Position numbers and translations under genes: made by a program. The notes beneath the pieces were generated by a model that saw only the letters and a program-made list of their open reading frames with translations, was not told where the DNA came from and searched no databases. Positions 23,315 through 35,500 of a stretch of 64,000 bases of DNA are shown here, piece after piece (position 1 is the first letter of the stretch; each line of letters opens with the position of its first letter). Source of the DNA: Cyanophora paradoxa CCMP329 (taxonomy: Eukaryota; Plantae; Glaucophyta); assembly GCA_004431415.1 (NCBI GenBank), contig QPMI01000482.1, forward strand, positions 310,001 to 374,000, given 5' to 3'.

Positions 23315-24945
23315 CTAGTGGCAGGGACGGGCCCAACTGGTAGAAAAAAGGCGGCCCAGAGACAAGCTTAAGGCTCGAGAGCTGAGGGCCGCGCGCGGCT
23401 GCCCCGGGCGGCCGCGCGCGGCTGCCCCGGGCGGCTCGATCTCGACGGGGAAGCGGTCGCGGGGGATGGCCGCCAGCAGCTCCGCAGCCGGCCCCACCGC
23501 CCTCACCGCCCACGCGGGCAGCTTCCTGCCCGGCCGCGACGCTCAGGAGGGGCGGATGGGCCGAGGCGAGGGGGCCGGGGAGGGGGCGGGCGGGGGGATC
23601 GGAGGGAGGCGAGGGTCTGGGGCTCGGCGAGGGCGGCGGCCGCCTCGGGCTCCAGCTCGGGGAGCTGCTCGAGGGGCCAGCTGTACGCCCTCAGCGCCTC
23701 CGCCAGCCCCCGCGCCTGAGAGCAGATAGCTTCAGAGCAAAGGAAGAAGGGGGAGAAGGGGGGTACCTGGCCGTCCGTGTGGATGCGGAACCCGACGGCG
23801 GCGAGGGAGGGCATGCCCGACGCCAGCGACGCCAGCGCCTCACCGGGTACCACGGGCCTCGCCTGCGGGGGTACGGGTTTGTGCGAGCGGGGCGGGGGCA
23901 GGAGGGGTACGAGGGCGGCTCGAGCACGTTGACGAGGCCGTTCTCGACGCGCTGGAGGCCCTCGAAGCGGGCGAGGGCGCGCACTGCGGCACGCCCTCCT
24001 CGCAGAAGAAGTTGTCGACGTGGCCGCCCGGGCCGGCGTCGGAAGACGGAAGACGGCGAGGGAGGGGGCGGCGGGGCCGGCGGCGAGGGCGGCCAGGTCG
24101 CCGCCTTGGGTCCCCAGCGAGGAGAGGGCGCAGAGGAGCTTGAGGGGCAGCGGCGCCAGCTGCGCGATGGCCAGCCCGGCGGCCCCCGCGCCCGCGCGGC
24201 GGCTCTCCGACAAGCTCGCGGTGAGCTCGTGGAGGGCGGGGCAGGTGGCCGCGGCGGCGAGGGCGGCGGCGGCGGCCGAGCGGAGGTCGAACGCGCGGTG
24301 GAGCTGCAGGCCTAGGGTCTCGAGGAGCGCGTGGGGCGCCAGCGCGCTACGGAGGCGCTCCGCGTCGCCCCCGGCGTCCCCGACCTGCGCGCGGGGGCGC
24401 GCCGCTCGCTCGGACGGAGCCGGCGGCGGGGGTTCGAGGGAGGGCGAGGCGCACGTGGGCGAGCGAGCCGCGCTCGTGGGCGATTATCTCCAGGCAGCGC
24501 AGACTGCTGGGCGCCGGCGAAGTCGAAGCGGCGGCGGCGGAGAGCGCCTCCAGCACGCCGAAGACATGCTCCCGTCACGCGCCTTTGATCTCCGCGTAGT
24601 CGACGGACTCCTCGTACTCCAGGTCGTGGTCGTACGTGAAGGCGAGCTCCTGGCAGAAGACGCCGAGCCCGCCGGGGCCGCACGCCGCCGCCTCGGCCGC
24701 GGCCAGCGCGCGACCTAGGCCGGCGCCGTCGCACTCGGCGTCGAGTTTCAGGGAGGCGCCCGGCGCCAGGCGCAGCCGCCCCGCCCGCACGAGCGAAGCC
24801 AGGGCACGGTCAACGCGCCTCAGCCGCCAGGCCTCGGCGGCGGGGAGCTCGCCAGGCCGGCACAGGAGCTCGAGGGGCAGGCGGCGGCGGGGAGCTCGTG
24901 ATCGGCCAGCGCGCGGCCTAGCAGTTCGTCGGGCAGCGCGTCCAT
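23315..24945 (-). CDS. Second F-box / LRR-like gene, frameshifted by a 47-bp duplication (possible pseudogene); 3' end approximate
   Basis: MDALPDELLGRALADH.../ELPAAEAWRLRRVDRAL; later LRCLEI, LASGMPSLAAVGF. Confidence 0.6.
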
Positions 24946-25079
24946 CGCGCCACGTCGGCACGCCCAGAGGAGATCAACCAGTGCAGGGTGTTGTACCCCG
25001 GCGAACGAGCCGAAGCATCTGAACGCCGCGCCGATTCCCGCTTATCGGCATCCAGTTGAAGGCACCGCAACGCCCCACG

Positions 25080-28000
25080 ATGGGAGATCACGCGCACCAC
25101 TGCATCACGTGCACCGACCCGATAGAGGTCTTCAGCTTCGGTCCGTGCCAGCATATCGACGTGTGCGCCGTGTGCTCCCTCCGGCTGCGGGCGCTCTACA
25201 AGGACACACGCTGCCCTCTCTGCAAGGTGCGCCGCACCGCCTTGCGGCAGCTGCTCTCGCCGAACCGCGACCAGGTGGACCTCCCCGCCGTCGTCATCTC
25301 CTCCAACAGCGAGAAAGCGTTCGCGGACTACAATGTGAACCCGGCAACCGTGGATCCCTTCTACAAGGCGCACTTCGACGACAGAGCCTACTATGACCGG
25401 GTGCGCGATAGCGACGCCCGGCGCCAGTGGCGCGCCACGGGTCTCGCCCCGCGCGCGAAGGACGCTCCTATGCGCGGCCGGTCTGCTCGCGAACGCAGCT
25501 AACGCGCGCGCCCCCGCCCGCCGCAGATCAAGCGCATGAACGAGACGCGCTGCCCGACTTGCGATAACCACCCGAGCTTCCCGCACGTTCGCGCCTTGAA
25601 GGGCCACATGCAATCGCATCACAACCTCCACTACTGGTCCGCGCTGCTTCAGCGCCCGGCGCCCGCCCCCGCACCGGCCTCTCGCCTCCGCGTCCCCGGG
25701 CCCGACCCGGGCCGGCGCGCGCAGCGACGTGTGCCTGGAGTTCAAGAAGGTCTTCCTGAGCGAGCAAAAGCTGTACAACAAGAAGGACCTCGACGCACAC
25801 GTGAAGGGCTCCGACGACCCGAAGCCGCGCGACGCCAGCGGCGCCCCGGGGCTCCGTGCGCGCGCCCCCAGAAAAGATAGGAAAGAGGCGGAAAAGGAAA
25901 GGATTCCGTGCTTATCCCGAGCGCGGGCGCAGGCGGACACCCGGCGTGCCAGTTCTGCCGCAAGCACTTCTACGGGACCGACGAGCTCTACCACCACATG
26001 AAGGCTCGCCGCTCCGCCCCGTCCCCCGCGCCGCCTCGGGTTGACCGTTCGCCGTGTTCCTTCCTCCCCCGCCCCCGCAGGAGAACCACCACACCTGCCA
26101 CATATGCGACCGCGAGAACATAAAGTGGCAGTACTACCGCACCTACAGGGACCTGGTCCGCGAACCCCGTACCCCCCGCCGGTCGACCGGCCCCGGATCG
26201 AGCGTGCGCACGTACCCCGCAGGAGCTGCACTTCCGCGAGGCGCACTTCCTCTGCGACGAGCCCGAGTGCCTCGAGAAGGTCCGGAGCGCCGTACCCCCC
26301 TCCACAGGGGCGCTCCGCAATGACGCCGTACCCCGCGAGCAGAAGTTCGTTGTGTTCGCGAACGAGATCGATCTGCAGGCGCACAACGTGCGCCCTTTTC
26401 ACTACCCCCCCGCGCCCGACCGACCGATCTGAAGGGTACTGCAGGTTGAGGTCCACAAGCGGAAGGGGCGTGCGGCCGCCATTCCCGTCACCTTCACTGT
26501 ACGCCGCGCGAACCGGCACGGCGAGGGGGTAGATCACGGACCCGACGACCCTGGGGTACCCCGTTACCCCTCCCACCTTTCCGCCGCCTTTGCTGAGTGA
26601 GAGCGGCAGTACGGAAGGAGGAGAGGCCGGGGGCGCGGCGGCGGCGACGAGCCGGGGGACGGGCAGCCGGGCCCCTCCTCGGCGCCGGTCTTGCTGTGCG
26701 TACCCCCGCTTCCCCCCCCCCCCCCCCCCCCCCCCCCCCGCCGCCGCCTCATCTGGTGGTGTCGCAGGGGCGCCCGGGGCCGCCTGGGGTCGATTCGGCG
26801 CCGGCGTCGGCGTCCTCGTCCTCCCGGGCGCCCCGGCCCCGGCCCCGGCCCGCCTCGGGCCCGGCCTCATCCCCCTGGCACCATCCCCCACCCGCCCGCC
26901 CCGGCCCCGCCGGCCGCGGTGCCGCCCGCCCCGCCACGGCGCCCGCCACTCCGCCCCGCGCCCCGGCGCCCGCTGCCGCACCCGCCCCGGCGCCCGCCCC
27001 CGCCCCGGCCCTCCGGCGGCGCCCGCGGCTCAGGTCCAGGCCCCTGCCGCCGGCTCCTCGGCTTCGAAGAAGGATAAAAAGAAGGCTGCTGCTGCAGCTG
27101 CCGCCGCCGCCGCACCCGCCGTCGCCTCGGCCGCCCCCGTCGTCGCCGCCGCCGCCGCCTCGCCGGCCGCCGTGCCCGCCGGCCCCCCTCCCGGCCTCCG
27201 CGTCGCCCCGCCCGCCGCCGCCGTCCGCGTCGCCCCGGCCCCCGTCCCCGCCCCGCCCCGGCGCCGGCCCCCGCCCCGATCCCGCCCCTGGGCCCGCGCT
27301 GGCCCGCCCCGCCTCGGCGTCGCCCACGCCGCCAGCCGGGGGCGCCGGGGCGGGGCGCGTGGCTCTGCCGCCGGCGCCGGCGGAGTCGGTGGAGGCGGCG
27401 TACGCGTCCCTGCAGGTGCACGAGCTTCCCCGGGGGGGCGAGGCTGCACGGCCCTCGCGCTCCTGACCGGCCCCGCAGCGCGCCGCCAACGTCCCCCAGG
27501 ACCCCGAGGAGACCCAGCGGTACCCCCCATGCCCCTCCTCCCCTCCGCCGCCCGCCCCCGCTCAGCCCCCCGCCGCGTGGCGCGCAGGAGGAACCGGCTG
27601 CTGGTGCGGGCGATGCGGGTGCTGCTCGGCGACGACGACGCCAAGTTCGCCGAGTTCAAGGAGGCGCGTACCCCCCCCCCTCCGGAGGGGTTGGAGGAGG
27701 GGGCTCCCGCGTGCAGCTGCCCCCTGCGCGGGACGGGGCGCAACCACGCCGGGCGGGGCGGGGCGGGGCTGAGGCGCGGAAGCGCAGGTCTCGGCGGACT
27801 TCCGGCGGGACAAGACGGACGCGGGGCAGTACTACGAGCGCTTCGGGCGCCTCTTCGGAAGCCCCGCCGCCCCCGCCCGGCCCCGCTCCGCCTCCCCGAC
27901 CAGCGAGCTCAGCTCCGTGCGCCCGCCCCCGCGCCCGCCCCCCCGGGGCGTCTTCGCCTTTTCCGCTGAGGGGGCGCGCCGGGGCCGGCCAGATTGAGCA

Positions 28001-28998
28001 CGTCTTCCTCGAGCTCGTGGCCCTCCTCCCGGACCCCGACAAGCGCGACGCCCTCCTCCGGGTCCGCCCCCCCGCTGCCCCCGCCTGCCATCCTTATAGG
28101 GAGAGGAAGGGGCTTGGCGCTCTCGTGCGCGGGGCGCTTCTGAGAGGGCGGCCCGCAGGTGCACGCCGCGAACGTCGCCGCTGTGGCGCAGGCCGCCGCC
28201 GCCGCCGCCGCTGAGGCCGCACGCGCCGAGGCCGCACGCGCTGCTGCTGCCGCCGCCGCCGCTTCCTCCTCCGCCTCCTCCTCTTCGGCGGGCAAGAAGG
28301 CCGGAGCCGGCGCCGGCGCCCCGCCCCCGGCCTGGGCGCCCGCCCGTCGACCGCCCGGCGGCGGCGCCGGCGGAGGATTTCCCGAGCCTGCCGGCGCCGG
28401 CGGCGGCGCCGAAGAAGAAGAAGAAGGGAACAGTGGTGGCGGTGAACGGTCGCCCGGTCGCCCCGCAGGGCGCCCCGACCCGCGGGCCTGGGGCGCGGCG
28501 GGGGCGCCGGCCGGCCCAAGCCTGGCGCAGCGGCTGCTGGGGAGCGCGGCGGCGGCGGGGCGGGCGGGAGCAGATGGTGACGTGCCCGCACTGCCGCCTG
28601 AAGCTGCTGCCGGCGGACTACGAGGGCCACGAGATCCGCCACCTCGCCTGGGCCCGCGACGACCCCTCCTCCGCCTCGCCCCCGCCCGCCCCGCCCCCGC
28701 CCCCGCCCCCGCCCCCGCCCCGCCCCCGCGGCGCCGCCGTCCTCCTCCCCGCTCCCCTTCGCGGCCCCCGCGGCCCCCGCGGGCGCGTCGGTGCGCGCCT
28801 CGCCTGCACGCGCCGCGCAGCGCCGCTGACGGGCCTGCGGCGCAGCGAGCCCGTTCAGCGTCAGCGACTTCCCGACGCTGGGGGCGGGCGGGGGCGGGGC
28901 CGGGCGGCGGGGCGGGGCGGGGGCCCCCGCGGGGCGGCCCCTTCCAGCGGGCGGTGGCCCTCACGGAGGACGAGTTCCCGCGCCTCGGCGGCCGCTGA
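25080..28998 (+). CDS. ZNF598: ZNF598/Hel2 ribosome quality-control E3 ligase
   Basis: RING CITC...CQHIDVCAVCSLRLRALY..CPLCK; C2H2 fingers (KVFLSEQKLY, GHPACQFC, HTCHIC, AHFLCDEPECLEK); LVALLPDPDKRDAL; C-terminal EDEFPRL. Confidence 0.93.
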
Positions 28999-30774
28999 GG
29001 CCCGGGCCCCGCCTTCGGGCGGGCCATGGCCCCCGCGCCGTCGCCATTGCCCTGCGGCGCCGCCGCGAGCTTTTCCCTTCCCGAGCCGCCCTTCCTGTAG
29101 CCTCGTCTCTAGCCCTGCGCATGCTCTACAGCCGCCGCGCTCTCCGATACCGATCCGACCGATTCCGAGTCTAGTTGCAAGGGGGGGTCAGCTGCTCAAA
29201 CCCCCCTTGCTACCCGTCGGATTGTCTGTCACGCTGTCCAAGCCGGCCAGTTCGCAAGTCGGTCTTTTTTCCGTCGGCGATAAGTCTTTTTGTGGTACCC
29301 CGCTGTGGATAAGGCCGGCGCCGCCGGACGTCTCTTTTTGCTGTATCCCGCGCAAGGCTCCTTCAAACCTCCTTGCCGCCGCCGACGACCGTCGGACTTG
29401 CCGCCCACGCAACCGCGATGTGCCAGCCTGCAGCTGCAGCTGCACTGCTTGCAGAACGCAGCTAAGCATGCACTGCTTGCAGAGCGCAGCTAAACATAAT
29501 CGCGCCGCCGCCCGCCGCGCCTCCGCGCGCGGCCGGGGCGTCGCGCCGCGCGCGCGCGCGCTCCGCTCTGCCGGCGCGCGAGCCGCGCGCGCCACCGCCC
29601 TCGAGCTCCCGTGTCCGACGGTCCCCGCGACTGGCCCGCGCGGCCCGCGCGGTCCTAGCTGGACATGTCGCCCTCCGCTGCTCGGCTAACCGGGCGCGGC
29701 ACGCGGGAGTGCGCAGCGGCCGGCTGCGCGACGCGAGGCCGGCGCCATGCATATGACGGGCGGGGCGGTCGGGCAGCGGTCGGCGCGGCTCGCCAAAGCT
29801 GGACGGAGCCTCGGAGGCGCTACGCGCGCGTGGCAGCTCAGCCGCGGCAGGCGGCGGCGCGGCTAGCGCTCGGCAGGCGGGACGGGGGCGCGGTACCGGT
29901 GCACGTGGGCAGCGGCGCGGCTCGGGGCGCGGGGGCCACGCGGGGCGAAGGCGCGCGCGCGCGGCGAGCGGGGCGGCGGCGCAGCTCTCCGGGCACCGGC
30001 GCGCGCGCGGGGCGGAGGTGCGGGCGGCGGTGCGGTTCGCCTGGCCATGGCGGGGCGGAGGCACGGTCGCCGGGCGGCGCTGCGCGCAGGCCCAGGCCTA
30101 TACCCGCATTGTTGTAAAGATAGCCGCTGAGCATTACTTAGTTGTTGTATTCTGTCAGCGCCTCTACTTTAGACCCCACCTTGCACCTCCTGAGACGAGC
30201 GGGGGCGGGGGCGAGTCGAAGACCTAGTAATTTCCGACTCGACGTGTTTCTTTCGAATTCGAAGCCAATCATTGAATTATAAACAAGCATTTCGCGCGCT
30301 GCAGCTGCGCATTCGCGGCCACGTTTTAGAACCAGCAAGAGGGCATCTAGGACCGTGTAGCTCAGCATGACTTCATTTCGGTAAAACCCCAAAAATGCGC
30401 CGAAATTGTGGTTCGTCGGCATCATATTTTCGGCAACACAGCCAGCTGCAGTCCGCCGGCCGCATAGGCGCCGATTAGGCGGCGGGTACATTGCTCCCTC
30501 TTTTGCCGTACATCTGCATAATTCTGGCAGTTTCAAGTATTCGGCACCACGAGGCTATGCCGAAAAGCTTGAATTTCGATCGAAGCGCCGTCGCTGCGCC
30601 GAATATAAGTTCTGCCGGAGGTTTCTTGCGGGCCCAAGTTGCGGCTCAAGCCAAGCCGACTTGCTAGCCGGCTATAGCTAGCGCTAGGCGCTGGCTGCCT
30701 AGCAGTGCCTACTACTAGGCTATAGCTAGGCAGCGCGGTAAAGCCAGCTCGCTCGCTAGCCCGGCTCGCGCGGT

Positions 30775-31010
30775 GAATATCCTATTCATGCGCCGAATAA
30801 CATATAGAATATCCTATTCATGCTCCGAATAATTCGCAAGTTTCCCGTAGATTCTGCCCGGATCATCCTGGATCCAGAGTTCCAAAATTTTTTGTAGGCC
30901 CAGGAGACCCCCAAAAAATTTTTCGGCCGGAACCCTGCCCGGATCTGCCCGATTCTGCCGCAATTTCCCGTAGATTCTAGATATATATAGATCTGCAGGC
31001 TGCAGCTCCA
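30775..31010. repeat. Direct-repeat-rich degenerate TE fragment
   Basis: GAATATCCTATTCATGC x2, TTTCCCGTAGATTCT x2, CTGCCCGGATC x2. Confidence 0.5.
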
Positions 31011-31089
31011 TGGAGATTGAACCGCGATTCAGCGATTCTGCGCTCAGGTGGAAAAAACGCATCAATAGCCCCTGAGCCTGGGCCTGAGG

Positions 31090-31375
31090 TACCGTAATCC
31101 AGAATATTAAGGTCTGCACTTTATTATGTCGTCCCCAAATTATGTCGCCGAAAACTTGACATGACGACATAATTTGGGGACGAGTCCCGGACCGGGCCGG
31201 ACGACATAGTAGGGCGTGCTTAGTGCTATACCGGGGTACCCCCCCAATTTTACCACCCCATACAAGCCTGAAAATTTCATGCCGACATAATTTGGGGACG
31301 TCATATTTCTCATAGAGAAGGGTCCGGATTTCAAACGACATAAATTTGACCGTCATATTTTCCTGGATTACGGTA
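31090..31375. mobile_element. Tc1/mariner-type MITE (TA TSD)
   Basis: TA+CCGTAATCCAG at 31090-31102 and its exact reverse complement at 31363-31375; internal inverted CGTCCCCAAATTATGTCG / CGACATAATTTGGGGACG. Confidence 0.8.
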
Positions 31376-31880
31376 GGGCACTGGCCAGTGGCCAGCCAGG
31401 TGACCCAGGTCTCCCTTTGGCCAGCGGGCCAGCCCAAGCCGACAAAGCCTTGCCAGCGGCCCGGGGCTGGCCGCCAGCTTCCAGCCAAAACTTGGCCGGC
31501 CAGCTGGCAACCAGCCTCCAGCGCTAGCTAGGAGCCGAAGACTCGGCTGGGCCAGCTGGCCAGCCGACCAGCCGCAGAGCCCCGGGCCCCGTTGTTAAAT
31601 GAAATTGGTGTCTTAGAAACGATTTTAACTGTTTTATCGTGCACTGTAACTTAAGTCTGTAAGCACTGTAAGAATATAAGCAGTTAACGTTGATCTTATC
31701 AAGCCACGGTTTACTTAGCCACCCCCTCAAGCCCCACTCCTAGCCTGGAGCCGACCCCCCAGCCAGTGTCGCCGACCGGCTGGCCGCCCGATAAAGCCGA
31801 AAAAGGCTGGCCCCCGGCTGGTCAACAAATCGGGCGGCTGGGCCAGCCTATAGCTAAAAGGCCAAAACCAGCCAGCCAGC

Positions 31881-32158
31881 TACCGTAGAACACATAATTA
31901 TAAATACCGCGCCCGCTTAATTATACCGCGGTACCAAATTACCGCGTCAAGAGTTAAATTGTTTTAAACGCGGTGGTACCGCGGTAATTATCTGATGATC
32001 ATGAGAGGTCACCGCATACAGTACCCCCCCTACATTACCGCCCCATACAAGCCTCAAAGTTTTAGGACGCGGTAATTTGGTACCGCGGTATTTTGCTCTA
32101 CTAGGCTAGATGGCGGGCCGGGTTTTAATTATTTAATGCCCGACGGACATGCACGGTA
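31881..32158. mobile_element. Related degenerate MITE
   Basis: TACCGT...ACGGTA ends; internal 26-bp inverted repeat ATACCGCGGTACCAAATTACCGCGTC; shares the core GTACCCCCCC..TTACC.CCCCATACAAGCCT with the 31090 element. Confidence 0.6.
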
Positions 32159-32546
32159 ATATTTAATGCACCGCGGTGCCACCGTGGCACCGCCTCAGTG
32201 ACTAACACTGACTACCGGTATAGTATCATAGCCGATTCATAGGTAGGCTAGCTATAGGCTGGCTAGCCTACTAGGCTACTGAGCCTACGGCTAGCTATAC
32301 TATGTTAGTAGCAGCGCCTAGTACTACTACTAGCCTACTAGTACCGTAGTAGTACGGTACTACGGTAGCAGCGCCTATACCGTAGGTCCGTAGCAGCAAA
32401 AGCTAGCCGCTGAGCGCTGCTACACACAAACGGTGACAAACCTGACTGCAGCTGAAAGTGAAAGCGCGCTCGCGCTCCCTCAGCCTCTTTTGTCGACGTC
32501 AGATCTGAAAGTTGCAACTGCAGCTGCAGCTGGGCGCTTATCGATT

Positions 32547-35500
32547 ATGGCGCGTTCGATGGGTCGCGATGGGGATCGCCCGCGGCCGGTCATGATCAGG
32601 AGGCCTCTCGCACTAGTGCCTAGGCCTGCGCTGCTACTCTGGCTTGCAGTGGCGGCGCTTGCCCTCATCCTCGCCTCGCACGCGGACGCCGCGTCGCCGG
32701 CGGCGGTCGGGAACGAGCTCCTGCGCCTCGACTGCGGCGCCCGCCTGCACCTCTTCCCCACCGGCTTCATGAACGCCAGCCTCGACCTCAGCCGCCTCCT
32801 CAAGGGCTCCGGCACCGCCGAGCTCTTCACAAGTGCGCCGCGCGCAATGGCAATCTCACGCTTAAGCGTATATGCATGTGCAAAGCTCGCGATTTCGAAC
32901 GAACGCGGTTGCGGTCGCGCAGAGAAGCTGAAGGACCGGTTCAAGTGCATGATGGATCGCGAGCAGGCCGGCTCCTCGTCCCAGCTCACGGATCCCGACT
33001 GGGTGACCGGCTGGAGCTTCGGGCCCCAGGCCCTCGTCAACATGCTCCGCACGACCGCCCGCAAGGGCTACGCCTGTGCGTCTACTTACAGATGTAATTA
33101 TACGTATATGCGCATGCAGCACTTCGAATTCCGAATTCGAATTCCGGCATTGAATTCACATTCGCGACAAATCGACCCGACGCTCGCGATGCGCGCGCGC
33201 ATGCGCAGTGCTGCCGGAGGCGGCGCGGAAGGCGATGCGGAAGACGTACAGGGGCCTTCCGTTCTTCTGGAACGCCTTCTACAACGCCGAGCCCCCAACG
33301 CAGGCCTGGCTCCCGGGTTCGTCGCGACCACTAGCTATAGTACTGTGCATGTCATCGATATCCTCCCATGGCCAATCGCGCACATGTCAGACACGTGCTC
33401 CGGCAACGGCCCCTGCTACATGACCATCAACGCCCGCGCCACTTTCGGGGCCGTTTTCAAGGTATACACACTCGAACAATAGGCCCCAGCCTCGTCCTTT
33501 CATTCAAATTTATTATTAATTATCGTCGAACGAATGCCAGGTCGCGTACGACTTTTGCCCGGCGACGAGCCTGCCCTTCGTCTCCGTCGGCTGCGAGGGC
33601 AGCGCCTGCGAGCGCTTCACCCGCCCCTGCTCGGTGCGTTGCGATTGTCGCGTGATTTTTCACATGCTGGCAATTTTTTCAATTGTCAATATCAATGATT
33701 GATATCGATTGCCACGAACAGACCGACGGGGACTGCCAGACGAGCGCATCGGACACGGGCGCGAAGTGCCTCAACCTCTTCGAGAGCCCATCGCAGAAGC
33801 AAGTCTTCACCTTCCTCAAGGTCCGCTACATTTGCGCTCCTCTGTGAATAACTCTCCGACTGCAGCTGTGGCTTCGAATTCGATGTTGACGCGTACGCGT
33901 CGCCACAGGGCCTGGGCATGTACGACGTGGAGGACAAGGAGGATCTGGTGGCAAACGTGATGCGCGACCTGCTCGACTACTACCGCTCCGTCCACGGGCT
34001 CGCCCCGGCGCCGTCCACGGATGCGAGCCCGCTTCTTTGTTGTTTGAATAATTCGAAATTTTACTTTTTGCATTCCCTGACTGACTTGTCCTCGGGGCCG
34101 GCCGCGGCTCCGCTCGTGATCTCTGCAGGCCGTCTCTTACAAGTTCTGCCTTGCCACTGCACGTACGTCCTTTGATTAATATTTGCACTATCTAAATTTT
34201 GCTGATGGTCGGCCCTGCATGTCGGATGTCCACGATTTTTCTAACTCACCGCGCAGCTCGACTTGGCATCACCGCAAGTGACAAAGCGGAGCTTCTGTAT
34301 TTGAATAACAAGCTCTTTTCCAACAATTTCACCATCCCTAAAACTGGCGGATTAACGGACTCGTGCGCCACGGCGCTCAGCGACTGCGGCGCCTCAAGCC
34401 CTCAAGCCAATGTTCTAATCTCTTTACTCAGCTTCGAGGCGATCTACCACTACGTGACGAAAGACATCATGGGCTGCGCCGCGGACGCGAACGGCCTCAC
34501 GACCTGCTTGCAGGTCTCGTCCTGGGACGGTCCGCACTCTCGTGCCCCGCGCTCGGCGGGGCCTAGGCCTGCTTCGATCTTCATGAAATTCAACGGAGTG
34601 TGCCCTTCGCAGGGAAGCTGGCGAGCGGGGAGTCGGTGGTCTCCGAGGCGCGCAAGCAGGGGCGGGACATCGCGTACTCGGGCATCCGCGTGGTGATGGA
34701 CAAGAAGGAGCCCGTCACCAAGCTCCTCGCCTTCGACTGCGAGGGCGAGCTCTCATTTCATATGTTGCCCGCCTGGCGCACTGCCGCTCACTTCACTGCC
34801 GCGCACAGGCGGCGTCCACGTCGGCCTCATGAACTTCGGCGTCTCGGCGCGCGTGCCCTTCGCCCGCCCCTTCGCCGCCTGGCTCGGCGAGTATGTCAAG
34901 GGCCTGCAGGCGAGCATCCGCGCGGGGGCCGTGCACGTGGAAGCGGTGTTCGGTAGTGACGCCGGGCGCAGAGGGCGCGCTACGCCGCGCGGTCGATCAG
35001 CTTGAGCGATGGCCAGCTCGTTTACTATCTGCCTTGGAGCGCAGGCTACCTCCTGTGCGTCTCAATGATGTTATTACCTTAAGCTTTGTCTGATTCCTAA
35101 CAGTCCAACGCAGGTCCACGTTCACAAACGCGCCAGGGAAGCCACCGCAGCCGGCCCTGACCAGCTACTACGCCAACGAGAACGTCACTCTCTTCGATGT
35201 GCGCGCTCAAAAATTGCGAGCGGCTTCAATTCAAGTCTCGTATTAGAACCTGACGATCGCGTGTTTCTTGTTCGCGCAGGTGAGAAGCACAGACTGCAGC
35301 CTGGAAACGATCGCGAGCAAGGGGTACTGCCTCGCTAGAATCGGTACTCCCCGTTTGTTTCACTTGTATTCAAATTAAACTCTTTTTCCGTCTGGCTACC
35401 CGCCCGCCCCTGCTCCGGGCCCTGTTGAGCGTCCGTTCTCACCCTGGCCTCCTGGGCGTCCCCCGCAGCCAAGTACTTCCCGAAGGACCTGAAGGTGGAG

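Noticed and set aside
29177-29345. G/C hairpin followed by three GTC(TC)TTTTT motifs
   Set aside because: No matching second end, TSD or RNA family signature.
30195-30230. Possible Helitron 3' end (CTAG/T)
   Set aside because: No proper subterminal hairpin, and CTAG is ubiquitous here.
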